Assembly: GCA_964016885.1 (NCBI GenBank)
Contig: CAXHJY010000888.1
Coordinates: forward strand, 1-64,000
From: Eledone cirrhosa
Taxonomy: Eukaryota
Direction: 5' to 3'
DNA length: 64,000 bases
Numbering within the stretch: the stretch's first letter is position 1; every line of letters starts with the position of its first letter. The position numbers and the translations under genes are program-made. A model generated the notes under the pieces. That model saw nothing but the letters and a program-made list of their open reading frames with translations. It was not told the DNA's origin and did not search any database. Below are positions 25,901 to 40,900 of the stretch, piece after piece.

Positions 25901-28900
25901 TTATCAACCCTTTCCTTACCATATATCTAATGACAGACGGTGTCTATGTTATCAACCCTTTCCTTACCATTTATCTAATGACAGACGGTGTCTATGTTAT
26001 CAACCCTTTCCTTACCATATATCTAATGACCGACGGTGTCTATGTTATCAACCCTTTCCTTACCATATATCTAATGACCGACGGTGTCTATGTCATTAAC
26101 CCTTTCCTTACCATATATCTAATAACCGAGAGTGTCTATGTCATCAACCCTTTCCTTACCATATATCTAATGCCCGACGGTATCTATGTCATCAACCCTT
26201 TCCTTACCATATATCTAATGACCGACGGTGTCTATGTTATCAACCCTTTCCTTACCATATATCTAATGACCGATGGTGTCTATGTCATTAACCCTTTCCT
26301 TACCATATATCTAATGACCGAGAGTGTCTATGTCATCAACCCTTTCCTTACCATATATCTAATGCCCGACGGTATCTATGTCATCAACCCTTTCCTTACC
26401 ATATATCTAATGACCGACGGTGTCTATGTTATCAACCCTTTCCTTACCATATATCTAATGACCGACGGTGTCTATGTTATCAACCCTTTCCTTACCATAT
26501 ATCTAATGACCGACGGTATCTATGTCATCAACCCTTTCCTTACCATATATCTAATGACCGACGGTGTCTATGTTATCAACCCTTTCCTTACCATATATCT
26601 AATGCCCGACGGTGTCTATGTTATCAACCCTTTCCTTACCATATATCTAATGACCGACGGTGTCTATGTCATTAACCCTTTCATTACCATATATCTAATG
26701 ACCGACAGTGTCTATGTCATCAACCCTTTCCTTACCATATATCTAATGACCGACAGTGTCTATGTCATTAACCCTTTCCTTACCATATATCTAATGACCG
26801 ACGGTGTCTATGTTATCAACCCTTTCCTTACCATATATCTAATGACCGATGGTGTCTATGTCATCAACCCTTTCCTTACCATATATCTAATGCCCGACGG
26901 TGTCTATGTTATCAACCCTTTCCTTACCATATATCTAATGACCGACGGTGTCTATGTCATTAACCCTTTCATTACCATATATCTAATGACCGACAGTGTC
27001 TATGTCATCAACCCTTTCCTTACCATATATCTAATGACCGACAGTGTCTATGTCATTAACCCTTTCCTTACCATATATCTAATGACCGACGGTGTCTATG
27101 TTATCAACCCTTTCCTTACCATATATCTAATGACCGATGGTGTCTATGTCATCAACCCTTTCCTTACCATATATCTAATGCCCGACGGTGTCTATGTCAT
27201 CAACCCTTTCCTTACCATATATCTAATGACCGACAGTGTCTATGTTATCAACCCTTTCCTTACCATATATCTAATGACCGACGGTGTCTATGTCATCAAC
27301 CCTTTCCTTACCATATATCTAACGACCGACAGTGTCTATGTCATCAACCCTTTCCTTACCATATATCTAATGACCGACAGTGTCTATGTCATCAACCCTT
27401 TCCTTACCATATATCTAATGACCGACAGTGTCTATGTTATCAACCCTTTCCTTACCATATATCTAATGACCGACGGTGTCTATGTCATTAACCCTTTCCT
27501 TACCATATATCTAATGACCGACAGTGTCTATGTTATCAACCCTTTCCTTACCATATATCTAATGACCGACGGTGTCTATGTTATCAACCCTTTCCTTACC
27601 ATATATCTAATGACCGACGGTGTCTATGTCATTAACCCTTTCCTTACCATATATCTAATGCCCGACGGTATCTATGTCATCAACCCTTTCCTTACCATAT
27701 ATCTAATGACCGACGGTGTCTAATATTATCAACCCTTTCCTTACCATATATCTAATGCCCGACGGTGTCTATGTCATTAACCCTTTCCTTACCATATATC
27801 TAATGACCGAGAGTGTCTATGTCATTAACCCTTTCCTTACCATATATCTAATGCCCGACGGTGTCTATGTCATTAACCCTTTCCTTACCATATATCTAAT
27901 GCCCGACGGTATCTATGTCATCAACCCTTTCCTTACCATATATCTAATGACCGACGGTGTCTATGTTATCAACCCTTTCCTTACCATATATCTAATGACC
28001 GACGGTGTCTATGTTATCAACCCTTTCCTTACCATATATCTAATGCCCGACGGTGTCTATGTCATTAACCCTTTCCTTACCATATATCTAATGACCGACG
28101 GTGTCTATGTTATCAACCCTTTCCTTACCATATATCTAATGACAGACGGTGTCTATGTTATCAACCCTTTCCTTACCATTTATCTAATGACAGACGGTGT
28201 CTATGTTATCAACCCTTTCCTTACCATATATCTAATGACAGACGGTGTCTATGTTATCAACCCTTTCCTTACCATATATCTAATGACCGACGGTGTCTAT
28301 GTTATCAACCCTTTCCTTACCATATATCTAATGACCGACGGTGTCTATGTCATTAACCCTTTCCTTACCATATATCTAATGACCGAGAGTGTCTATGTCA
28401 TCAACCCTTTCCTTACCATATATCTAATGCCCGACGGTATCTATGTCATCAACCCTTTCCTTACCATATATCTAATGACCGACGGTGTCTATGTTATCAA
28501 CCCTTTCCTTACCATATATCTAATGACCGATGGTGTCTATGTCATTAACCCTTTCCTTACCATATATCTAATGACCGAGAGTGTCTATGTCATCAACCCT
28601 TTCCTTACCATATATCTAATGCCCGACGGTATCTATGTCATCAACCCTTTCCTTACCATATATCTAATGACCGACGGTGTCTATGTTATCAACCCTTTCC
28701 TTACCATATATCTAATGACCGACGGTGTCTATGTCATTAACCCTTTCATTACCATATATCTAATGACCGACAGTGTCTATGTCATCAACCCTTTCCTTAC
28801 CATATATCTAATGACCGACAGTGTCTATGTCATCAACCCTTTCCTTACCATATATCTAATGACCGACAGTGTCTATGTTATCAACCCTTTCCTTACCATA

Positions 28901-31900
28901 TATCTAATGACCGACGGTGTCTATGTCATCAACCCTTTCCTTACCATATATCTAACGACCGACAGTGTCTATGTCATCAACCCTTTCCTTACCATATATC
29001 TAATGACCGACAGTGTCTATGTCATCAACCCTTTCCTTACCATATATCTAATGACCGACAGTGTCTATGTTATCAACCCTTTCCTTACCATATATCTAAT
29101 GACCGACGGTGTCTATGTCATTAACCCTTTCCTTACCATATATCTAATGACCGACAGTGTCTATGTTATCAACCCTTTCCTTACCATATATCTAATGACC
29201 GACGGTGTCTATGTTATCAACCCTTTCCTTACCATATATCTAATGCCCGACGGTGTCTATGTCATTAACCCTTTCCTTACCATATATCTAATGACCGACG
29301 GTGTCTATGTTATCAACCCTTTCCTTACCATATATCTAATGACCGACGGTGTCTATGTCATTAACCCTTTCATTACCATATATCTAATGACCGACAGTGT
29401 CTATGTCATTAACCCTTTCCTTACCATATATCTAATGCCCGACGGTATCTATGTCATCAACCCTTTCCTTACCATATATCTAATGACCGACGGTGTCTAA
29501 TATTATCAACCCTTTCCTTACCATATATCTAATGCCCGACGGTGTCTATGTCATTAACCCTTTCCTTACCATATATCTAATGACCGAGAGTGTCTATGTC
29601 ATTAACCCTTTCCTTACCATATATCTAATGCCCGACGGTGTCTATGTCATTAACCCTTTCCTTACCATATATCTAATGCCCGACGGTATCTATGTCATCA
29701 ACCCTTTCCTTACCATATATCTAATGACCGACGGTGTCTATGTTATCAACCCTTTCCTTACCATATATCTAATGCCCGACGGTGTCTATGTCATTATCCC
29801 TTTCCTTACCATATATCTAATGACCGACGGTGTCTATGTTATCAACCCTTTCCTTACCATATATCTAATGACAGACGGTGTCTATGTTATCAACCCTTTC
29901 CTTACCATTTATCTAATGACAGACGGTGTCTATGTTATCAACCCTTTCCTTACCATATATCTAATGCCCGACGGTATCTATGTCATCAACCCTTTCCTTA
30001 CCATATATCTAATGACCGACGGTATCTATGTCATCAACCCTTTCCTTACCATATATCTAATGACCGACGGTGTCTATGTTATCAACCCTTTCCTTACCAT
30101 ATATCTAATGACCGACGGTGTCTATGTTATCAACCCTTTCCTTACCATATATCTAATGCCCGACGGTGTCTATGTCATTAACCCTTTCCTTACCATATAT
30201 CTAATGACCGACGGTGTCTATGTCATTATCCCTTTCCTTACCATATATCTAATGACCGACGGTGTCTATGTTATCAACCCTTTCCTTACCATATATCTAA
30301 TGACAGACGGTGTCTATGTTATCAACCCTTTCCTTACCATTTATCTAATGACAGACGGTGTCTATGTTATCAACCCTTTCCTTACCATATATCTAATGCC
30401 CGACGGTATCTATGTCATCAACCCTTTCCTTACCATATATCTAATGACCGACGGTATCTATGTCATCAACCCTTTCCTTACCATATATCTAATGACCGAC
30501 GGTGTCTATGTTATCAACCCTTTCCTTACCATATATCTAATGACCGACGGTGTCTATGTTATCAACCCTTTCCTTACCATATATCTAATGCCCGACGGTG
30601 TCTATGTCATTAACCCTTTCCTTACCATATATCTAATGACCGACGGTGTCTATGTTATCAACCCTTTCCTTACCATATATCTAATGACAGACGGTGTCTA
30701 TGTCATCAACCCTTTCCTTACCATATATCTAATGACCGACGGTGTCTATGTTATCAACCCTTTCCTTACCATATATCTAATGACCGACGGTGTCTATGTT
30801 ATCAACCCTTTCCTTACCATATATCTAATGCCCGACGGTGTCTATGTCATTAACCCTTTCCTTACCATATATCTAATGACCGACGGTGTCTATGTTATCA
30901 ACCCTTTCCTTACCATATATCTAATGACAGACGGTGTCTATGTTATCAACCCTTTCCTTACCATATATCTAATGACAGACGGTGTCTATGTTATCAACCC
31001 TTTCCTTACCATTTATCTAATGACAGACGGTGTCTATGTTATCAACCCTTTCCTTACCATATATCTAATGACAGACGGTGTCTATGTTATCAACCCTTTC
31101 CTTACCATATATCTAATGACAGACGGTGTCTATGTTATCAACCCTTTCCTTACCATATATCTAATGACCGACGGTGTCTATGTTATCAACCCTTTCCTTA
31201 CCATATATCTAATGACCGAGAGTGTCTATGTTATCAACCCTTTCCTTACCATATATCTAATGACCGACGGTGTCTATGTTATCAATACTTTCCTTACCAT
31301 ATATCTAATGACCGACGGTGTCTATGTCATTAACCCTTTCCTTACCATATATCTAATGACCGAGAGTGTCTATGTCATCAACCCTTTCCTTACCATATAT
31401 CTAATGCCCGACGGTATCTATGTCATCAACCCTTTCCTTACCATATATCTAATGACCGACGGTGTCTATGTTATCAACCCTTTCCTTACCATATATCTAA
31501 TGACCGACGGTGTCTATGTCATTAACCCTTTCATTACCATATATCTAATGACCGACAGTGTCTATGTCATCAACCCTTTCCTTACCATATATCTAACGAC
31601 CGACAGTGTCTATGTCATCAACCCTTTCCTTACCATATATCTAATGACCGACAGTGTCTATGTCATCAACCCTTTCCTTACCATATATCTAATGACCGAC
31701 AGTGTCTATGTTATCAACCCTTTCCTTACCATATATCTAATGACCGACAGTGTCTATGTCATCAACCCTTTCATTACCATATATCTAATGACCGACAGTG
31801 TCTATGTCATCAACCCTTTCCTTACCATATATCTAACGACCGACAGTGTCTATGTCATCAACCCTTTCCTTACCATATATCTAATGACCGACAGTGTCTA

Positions 31901-34900
31901 TGTCATCAACCCTTTCCTTACCATATATCTAATGACCGACAGTGTCTATGTCATCAACCCTTTCCTTACCATATATCTAATGACCGACAGTGTCTATGTT
32001 ATCAACCCTTTCCTTACCATATATCTAATGACCGACAGTGTCTATGTTATCAACCCTTTCCTTACCATATATCTAATGACCGACAGTGTCTATGTCATTA
32101 ACCCTTTCCTTACCATATATCTAATGACCGACAGTGTCTATGTTATCAACCCTTTCCTTACCATATATCTAATGACCGACGGTGTCTATGTTATCAACCC
32201 TTTCCTTACCATATATCTAATGCCCGACGGTGTCTATGTCATTAACCCTTTCCTTACCATATATCTAATGACCGACGGTGTCTATGTTATCAACCCTTTC
32301 CTTACCATATATCTAATGACCGACGGTGTCTATGTCATTAACCCTTTCATTACCATATATCTAATGACCGACAGTGTCTATGTCATTAACCCTTTCCTTA
32401 CCATATATCTAATGCCCGACGGTATCTATGTCATCAACCCTTTCCTTACCATATATCTAATGACCGACGGTGTCTAATATTATCAACCCTTTCCTTACCA
32501 TATATCTAATGCCCGACGGTGTCTATGTCATTAACCCTTTCCTTACCATATATCTAATGACCGAGAGTGTCTATGTCATTAACCCTTTCCTTACCATATA
32601 TCTAATGCCCGACGGTGTCTATGTCATTAACCCTTTCCTTACCATATATCTAATGCCCGACGGTGTCTATGTCATTAACCCTTTCCTTACCATATATCTA
32701 ATGACCGAGAGTGTCTATGTCATTAACCCTTTCCTTACCATATATCTAATGCCCGACGCTGTCTATGTCATTAACCCTTTCCTTACCATATATCTAATGC
32801 CCGACGGTATCTATGTCATCAACCCTTTCCTTACCATATATCTAATGACCGACGGTGTCTATGTTATCAACCCTTTCCTTACCATATATCTAATGACCGA
32901 CGGTGTCTATGTTATCAACCCTTTCCTTACCATATATCTAATGCCCGACGGTGTCTATGTCATTAACCCTTTCCTTACCATATATCTAATGACCGACGGT
33001 GTCTATGTTATCAACCCTTTCCTTACCATATATCTAATGACAGACGGTGTCTATGTTATCAACCCTTTCCTTACCATTTATCTAATGACAGACGGTGTCT
33101 ATGTTATCAACCCTTTCCTTACCATATATCTAATGACAGACGGTGTCTATGTTATCAACCCTTTCCTTACCATATATCTAATGACCGACGGTGTCTATGT
33201 TATCAACCCTTTCCTTACCATATATCTAATGACCGACGGTGTCTATGTCATTAACCCTTTCCTTACCATATATCTAATAACCGAGAGTGTCTATGTCATC
33301 AACCCTTTCCTTACCATATATCTAATGCCCGACGGTATCTATGTCATCAACCCTTTCCTTACCATATATCTAATGACCGACGGTGTCTATGTTATCAACC
33401 CTTTCCTTACCATATATCTAATGACCGATGGTGTCTATGTCATCAACCCTTTCCTTACCATATATCTAATGACCGACAGTGTCTATGTCATCAACCCTTT
33501 CCTTACCATATATCTAATGACCGACAGTGTCTATGTTATCAACCCTTTCCTTACCATATATCTAATGACCGACGGTGTCTATGTCATTAACCCTTTCCTT
33601 ACCATATATCTAATGACCGACAGTGTCTATGTTATCAACCCTTTCCTTACCATATATCTAATGACCGACGGTGTCTATGTTATCAACCCTTTCCTTACCA
33701 TATATCTAATGACCGACGGTGTCTATGTCATTAACCCTTTCCTTACCATATATCTAATGCCCGACGGTATCTATGTCATCAACCCTTTCCTTACCATATA
33801 TCTAATGACCGACGGTGTCTAATATTATCAACCCTTTCCTTACCATATATCTAATGCCCGACGGTGTCTATGTCATTAACCCTTTCCTTACCATATATCT
33901 AATGACCGAGAGTGTCTATGTCATTAACCCTTTCCTTACCATATATCTAATGCCCGACGGTGTCTATGTCATTAACCCTTTCCTTACCATATATCTAATG
34001 CCCGACGGTATCTATGTCATCAACCCTTTCCTTACCATATATCTAATGACCGACGGTGTCTATGTTATCAACCCTTTCCTTACCATATATCTAATGACCG
34101 ACGGTGTCTATGTTATCAACCCTTTCCTTACCATATATCTAATGCCCGACGGTGTCTATGTCATTAACCCTTTCCTTACCATATATCTAATGACCGACGG
34201 TGTCTATGTTATCAACCCTTTCCTTACCATATATCTAATGACAGACGGTGTCTATGTTATCAACCCTTTCCTTACCATTTATCTAATGACAGACGGTGTC
34301 TATGTTATCAACCCTTTCCTTACCATATATCTAATGACAGACGGTGTCTATGTTATCAACCCTTTCCTTACCATATATCTAATGACCGACGGTGTCTATG
34401 TTATCAACCCTTTCCTTACCATATATCTAATGACCGACGGTGTCTATGTCATCAACCCTTTCCTTACCATATATCTAATGCCCGACGGTATCTATGTCAT
34501 CAACCCTTTCCTTACCATATATCTAATGACCGACGGTGTCTATGTTATCAACCCTTTCCTTACCATATATCTAATGACCGACGGTGTCTATGTCATCAAC
34601 CCTTTCCTTACCATATATCTAATGCCCGACGGTATCTATGTCATCAACCCTTTCCTTACCATATATCTAATGACCGACGGTGTCTATGTTATCAACCCTT
34701 TCCTTACCATATATCTAATGACCGACGGTGTCTATGTCATTAACCCTTTCATTACCATATATCTAATGACCGACAGTGTCTATGTCATCAACCCTTTCCT
34801 TACCATATATCTAATGACCGACAGTGTCTATGTCATCAACCCTTTCCTTACCATATATCTAATGACCGACAGTGTCTATGTTATCAACCCTTTCCTTACC

Positions 34901-37900
34901 ATATATCTAATGACCGACGGTGTCTATGTCATCAACCCTTTCCTTACCATATATCTAACGACCGACAGTGTCTATGTCATCAACCCTTTCCTTACCATAT
35001 ATCTAATGACCGACAGTGTCTATGTCATCAACCCTTTCCTTACCATATATCTAATGACCGACAGTGTCTATGTTATCAACCCTTTCCTTACCATATATCT
35101 AATGACCGACGGTGTCTATGTCATTAACCCTTTCCTTACCATATATCTAATGACCGACAGTGTCTATGTTATCAACCCTTTCCTTACCATATATCTAATG
35201 ACCGACGGTGTCTATGTTATCAACCCTTTCCTTACCATATATCTAATGCCCGACGGTGTCTATGTCATTAACCCTTTCCTTACCATATATCTAATGACCG
35301 ACGGTGTCTATGTTATCAACCCTTTCCTTACCATATATCTAATGACCGACGGTGTCTATGTCATTAACCCTTTCATTACCATATATCTAATGACCGACAG
35401 TGTCTATGTCATTAACCCTTTCCTTACCATATATCTAATGCCCGACGGTATCTATGTCATCAACCCTTTCCTTACCATATATCTAATGACCGACGGTGTC
35501 TAATATTATCAACCCTTTCCTTACCATATATCTAATGCCCGACGGTGTCTATGTCATTAACCCTTTCCTTACCATATATCTAATGACCGAGAGTGTCTAT
35601 GTCATTAACCCTTTCCTTACCATATATCTAATGCCCGACGGTGTCTATGTCATTAACCCTTTCCTTACCATATATCTAATGCCCGACGGTAGCTATGTCA
35701 TCAACCCTTTCCTTACCATATATCTAATGACCGACGGTGTCTATGTTATCAACCCTTTCCTTACCATATATCTAATGCCCGACGGTGTCTATGTCATTAT
35801 CCCTTTCCTTACCATATATCTAATGACCGACGGTGTCTATGTTATCAACCCTTTCCTTACCATATATCTAATGACAGACGGTGTCTATGTTATCAACCCT
35901 TTCCTTACCATTTATCTAATGACAGACGGTGTCTATGTTATCAACCCTTTCCTTACCATATATCTAATGCCCGACGGTATCTATGTCATCAACCCTTTCC
36001 TTACCATATATCTAATGACCGACGGTGTCTATGTTATCAACCCTTTCCTTACCATATATCTAATGACCGACGGTGTCTATGTCATTAACCCTTTCCTTAC
36101 CATATATCTAATGACCGAGAGTGTCTATGTCATCAACCCTTTCCTTACCATATATCTAATGCCCGACGGTATCTATGTCATCAACCCTTTCCTTACCATA
36201 TATCTAATGACCGACGGTGTCTATGTTATCAACCCTTTCCTTACCATATATCTAATGACCGACGGTGTCTATGTCATTAACCCTTTCATTACCATATATC
36301 TAATGACCGACAGTGTCTATGTCATCAACCCTTTCCTTACCATATATCTAATGACCGACAGTGTCTATGTCATCAACCCTTTCCTTACCATATATCTAAT
36401 GACCGACAGTGTCTATGTTATCAACCCTTTCCTTACCATATATCTAATGACCGACGGTGTCTATGTCATCAACCCTTTCCTTACCATATATCTAACGACC
36501 GACAGTGTCTATGTCATCAACCCTTTCCTTACCATATATCTAATGACCGACAGTGTCTATGTCATCAACCCTTTCCTTACCATATATCTAATGACCGACA
36601 GTGTCTATGTTATCAACCCTTTCCTTACCATATATCTAATGACCGACGGTGTCTATGTCATTAACCCTTTCCTTACCATATATCTAATGACCGACAGTGT
36701 CTATGTTATCAACCCTTTCCTTACCATATATCTAATGACCGACGGTGTCTATGTCATCAACCCTTTCCTTACCATATATCTAATGACCGACAGTGTCTAT
36801 GTTATCAACCCTTTCCTTACCATATATCTAATGACCGACGGTGTCTATGTCATTAACCCTTTCCTTACCATATATCTAATGACCGACAGTGTCTATGTCA
36901 TCAACCCTTTCCTTACCATATATCTAATGACCGACGGTGTCTATGTTATCAACCCTTTCCTTACCATATATCTAATGACCGACGGTGTCTATGTCATTAA
37001 CCCTTTCCATACCATATATCTAATGACCGACGGTGTCTATGTCATTAACCCTTTCCTTACCATATATCTAATGACCGACAGTGTCTATGTTATCAACCCT
37101 TTCCTTACCATATATCTAATGACCGACGGTGTCTATGTTATCAACCCTTTCCTTACCATATATCTAATGACCGACAGTGTCTATGTCATCAACCCTTTCC
37201 TTACCATATATCTAATGACCGACAGTGTCTATGTTATCAACCCTTTCCTTACCATATATCTAATGACCGACAGTGTCTATGTCATTAACCCTTTCCTTAC
37301 CATATATCTAATGACCGACAGTGTTTATGTCATCAACCCTTTCCTTACCATATATCTAATGACCGACGGTGTCTATGTCATTAACCTTTTCCTTACCATA
37401 TATATAATGACCGACGGTGTCTATGTTATCAACCCTTTCATTACCATATATCTAATGACCGACGGTGTCTATGTTATCAACCCTTTCCTTACCATATATC
37501 TAATGACCGACGGTGTCTATGTTATCAACCCTTTCCTTACCATATATCTAATGCCCGACGGTGTCTATGTCATTAACCCTTTCCTTACCATATATCTAAT
37601 GACCGACGGTGTCTATGTTATCAACCCTTTCCTTACCATATATCTAATGACCGACGGTGTCTATGTCATTAACCCTTTCATTACCATATATCTAATGACC
37701 GACAGTGTCTATGTCATTAACCCTTTCCTTACCATATATCTAATGACCGACGGTGTCTATGTCATTAACCCTTTCCTTACCATATATCTAATGCCCGACG
37801 GTATCTATGTCATCAACCCTTTCCTTACCATATATCTAATGACCGACGGTGTCTAATATTATCAACCCTTTCCTTACCATATATCTAATGCCCGACGGTG

Positions 37901-40900
37901 TCTATGTCATTAACCCTTTCCTTACCATATATCTAATGACCGAGAGTGTCTATGTCATTAACCCTTTCCTTACCATATATCTAATGCCCGACGGTATCTA
38001 TGTCATCAACCCTTTCCTTACCATATATCTAATGCCCGACGGTGTCTATGTCATTAACCCTTTCCTTACCATATATCTAATGACCGATGGTGTCTATGTC
38101 ATTAACCCTTTCCTTACCATATATCTAATGCCCGACGGTGTCTATGTCATCAACCCTTTCCTTACCATATATCTAATGACCGACGGTGTCTATGTTATCA
38201 ACCCTTTCCTTACCATATATCTAATGCCCGACGGTGTCTATGTCATTAACCCTTTCCTTACCATATATCTAATGACCGACGGTGTCTATGTTATCAACCC
38301 TTTCCTTACCATATATCTAATGACAGACGGTGTCTATGTTATCAACCCTTTCCTTACCATTTATCTAATGACAGACGGTGTCTATGTTATCAACCCTTTC
38401 CTTACCATATATCTAATGACAGACGGTGTCTATGTTATCAACCCTTTCCTTACCATATATCTAATGACCGACGGTGTCTATGTTATCAACCCTTTCCTTA
38501 CCATATATCTAATGACCGACGGTGTCTATGTCATTAACCCTTTCCTTACCATATATCTAATGACCGAGAGTGTCTATGTCATCAAGCCTTTCCTTACCAT
38601 ATATCTAATGCCCGACGGTATCTATGTCATCAACCCTTTCCTTACCATATAGCTAATGACCGACGGTGTCTATGTTATCAACCCTTTCCTTACCATATAT
38701 CTAATGACCGATGGTGTCTATGTCATTAACCCTTTCCTTACCATATATCTAATGACCGAGAGTGTCTATGTCATCAACCCTTTCCTTACCATATATCTAA
38801 TGCCCGACGGTATCTATGTCATCAACCCTTTCCTTACCATATATCTAATGACCGACGGTGTCTATGTTATCAACCCTTTCCTTACCATATATCTAATGAC
38901 CGACGGTGTCTATGTCATTAACCCTTTCATTACCATATATCTAATGACCGACAGTGTCTATGTCATCAACCCTTTCCTTACCATATATCTAATGACCGAC
39001 AGTGTCTATGTCATCAACCCTTTCCTTACCATATATCTAATGACCGACAGTGTCTATGTTATCAACACTTTCCTTACCATATATCTAATGACCGACGGTG
39101 TCTATGTCATCAACCCTTTCCTTACCATATATCTAACGACCGACAGTGTCTATGTCATCAACCCTTTCCTTACCATATATCTAATGACCGACAGTGTCTA
39201 TGTCATCAACCCTTTCCTTACCATATATCTAATGACCGACAGTGTCTATGTTATCAACCCTTTCCTTACCATATATCTAATGACCGACGGTGTCTATGTC
39301 ATTAACCCTTTCCTTACCATATATCTAATGACCGACAGTGTCTATGTCATCAACCCTTTCCTTACCATATATCTAATGACCGACGGTGTCTATGTTATCA
39401 ACCCTTTCCTTACCATATATCTAATGACCGACGGTGTCTATGTCATCAACCCTTTCCTTACCATATATCTAATGACCGACGGTGTCTATGTCATTAACCT
39501 TTTCCTTACCATATATATAATGACCGACGGTGTCTATGTTATCAACCCTTTCATTACCATATATCTAATGACCGACGGTGTCTATGTTATCAACCCTTTC
39601 CTTACCATATATCTAATGACCGACGGTGTCTATGTTATCAACCCTTTCCTTACCATATATCTAATGCCCGACGGTGTCTATGTTATCAACCCTTTCCTTA
39701 CCATATATCTAATGACCGACGGTGTCTATGTTATCAACCCTTTCCTTACCATATATCTAATGACCGACAGTGTCTATGTTATCAACCCTTTCCTTACCAT
39801 ATATCTAATGACCGACGGTGTCTATGTCATTAACCCTTTCCTTAACATATATCTAATGACCGACGGTGTCTATGTCATTAACCCTTTCCTTACCATATAT
39901 CTAATGACCGACAGTGTCTATGTTATCAACCCTTTCCTTACCATATATATTATTACCGACGGTGTCTATGTCATTAACCCTTTCCTTACCATATATCTAA
40001 TGACCGACGGTGTCTATGTTATCAACCCTTTCCTTACCATATATCTAATGACCGAGAGTGTCTATGTTATCAACCCTTTCCTTACCATATATCTAATGAC
40101 CGACGGTGTCTATGTTATCAACCCTTTCCTTACCATATATCTAATGACCGAGAGTGTCTATGTTATCAACCCTTTCATTACCATATATCTAATGACCGAA
40201 TTGTCTATGTTATCAACCCTTTCCTTACCATATATCTAATGACCGACGGTGTCTATGTTATCAACCCTTTATTACCATATATCTAATGACCGACGGTGTC
40301 TATGTTATCAACCCTTTCATTACCATATATCTAATGACAGACGGTGTCTATGTTATCAACCCTTTCCTTACCATATATCTAATGACCGACGGTGTCTATG
40401 TCATTAACCCTTTCCTTACCATATATCTAATGACCGACGGTGTCTATGTTATCAACCCTTTCCTTACCATATATCTAATGACCGACGGTGTCTATGTCAT
40501 TAACCCTTTCCTTACCATATATCTAATGACCGACGGTGTCTATGTTATCAACCCTTTCATTACCATATATCTAATGACCGACGGTGTCTATGTCATTAAC
40601 CCTTTCCTTACCATATATCTAATGACCGACGGTGTCTATGTTATCAACCCTTTCCTTACCATATATCTAATGACAGACGGTGTCTATGTTATCAACCCTT
40701 TCATTACCATATATCTAATGACCGACGGTGCCTATGTCATTAACCCTTTCCTTACCATATATCTAATGCCCGACGGTGTCTACGTCATTAACCCTTTCCT
40801 TACCATATATCTAATGACCGACGGTGTCTATGTTATCAACCCTTTCCTTACCATATATCTAATGACAGACGGTGTCTATGTTATCAACCCTTTCATTACC

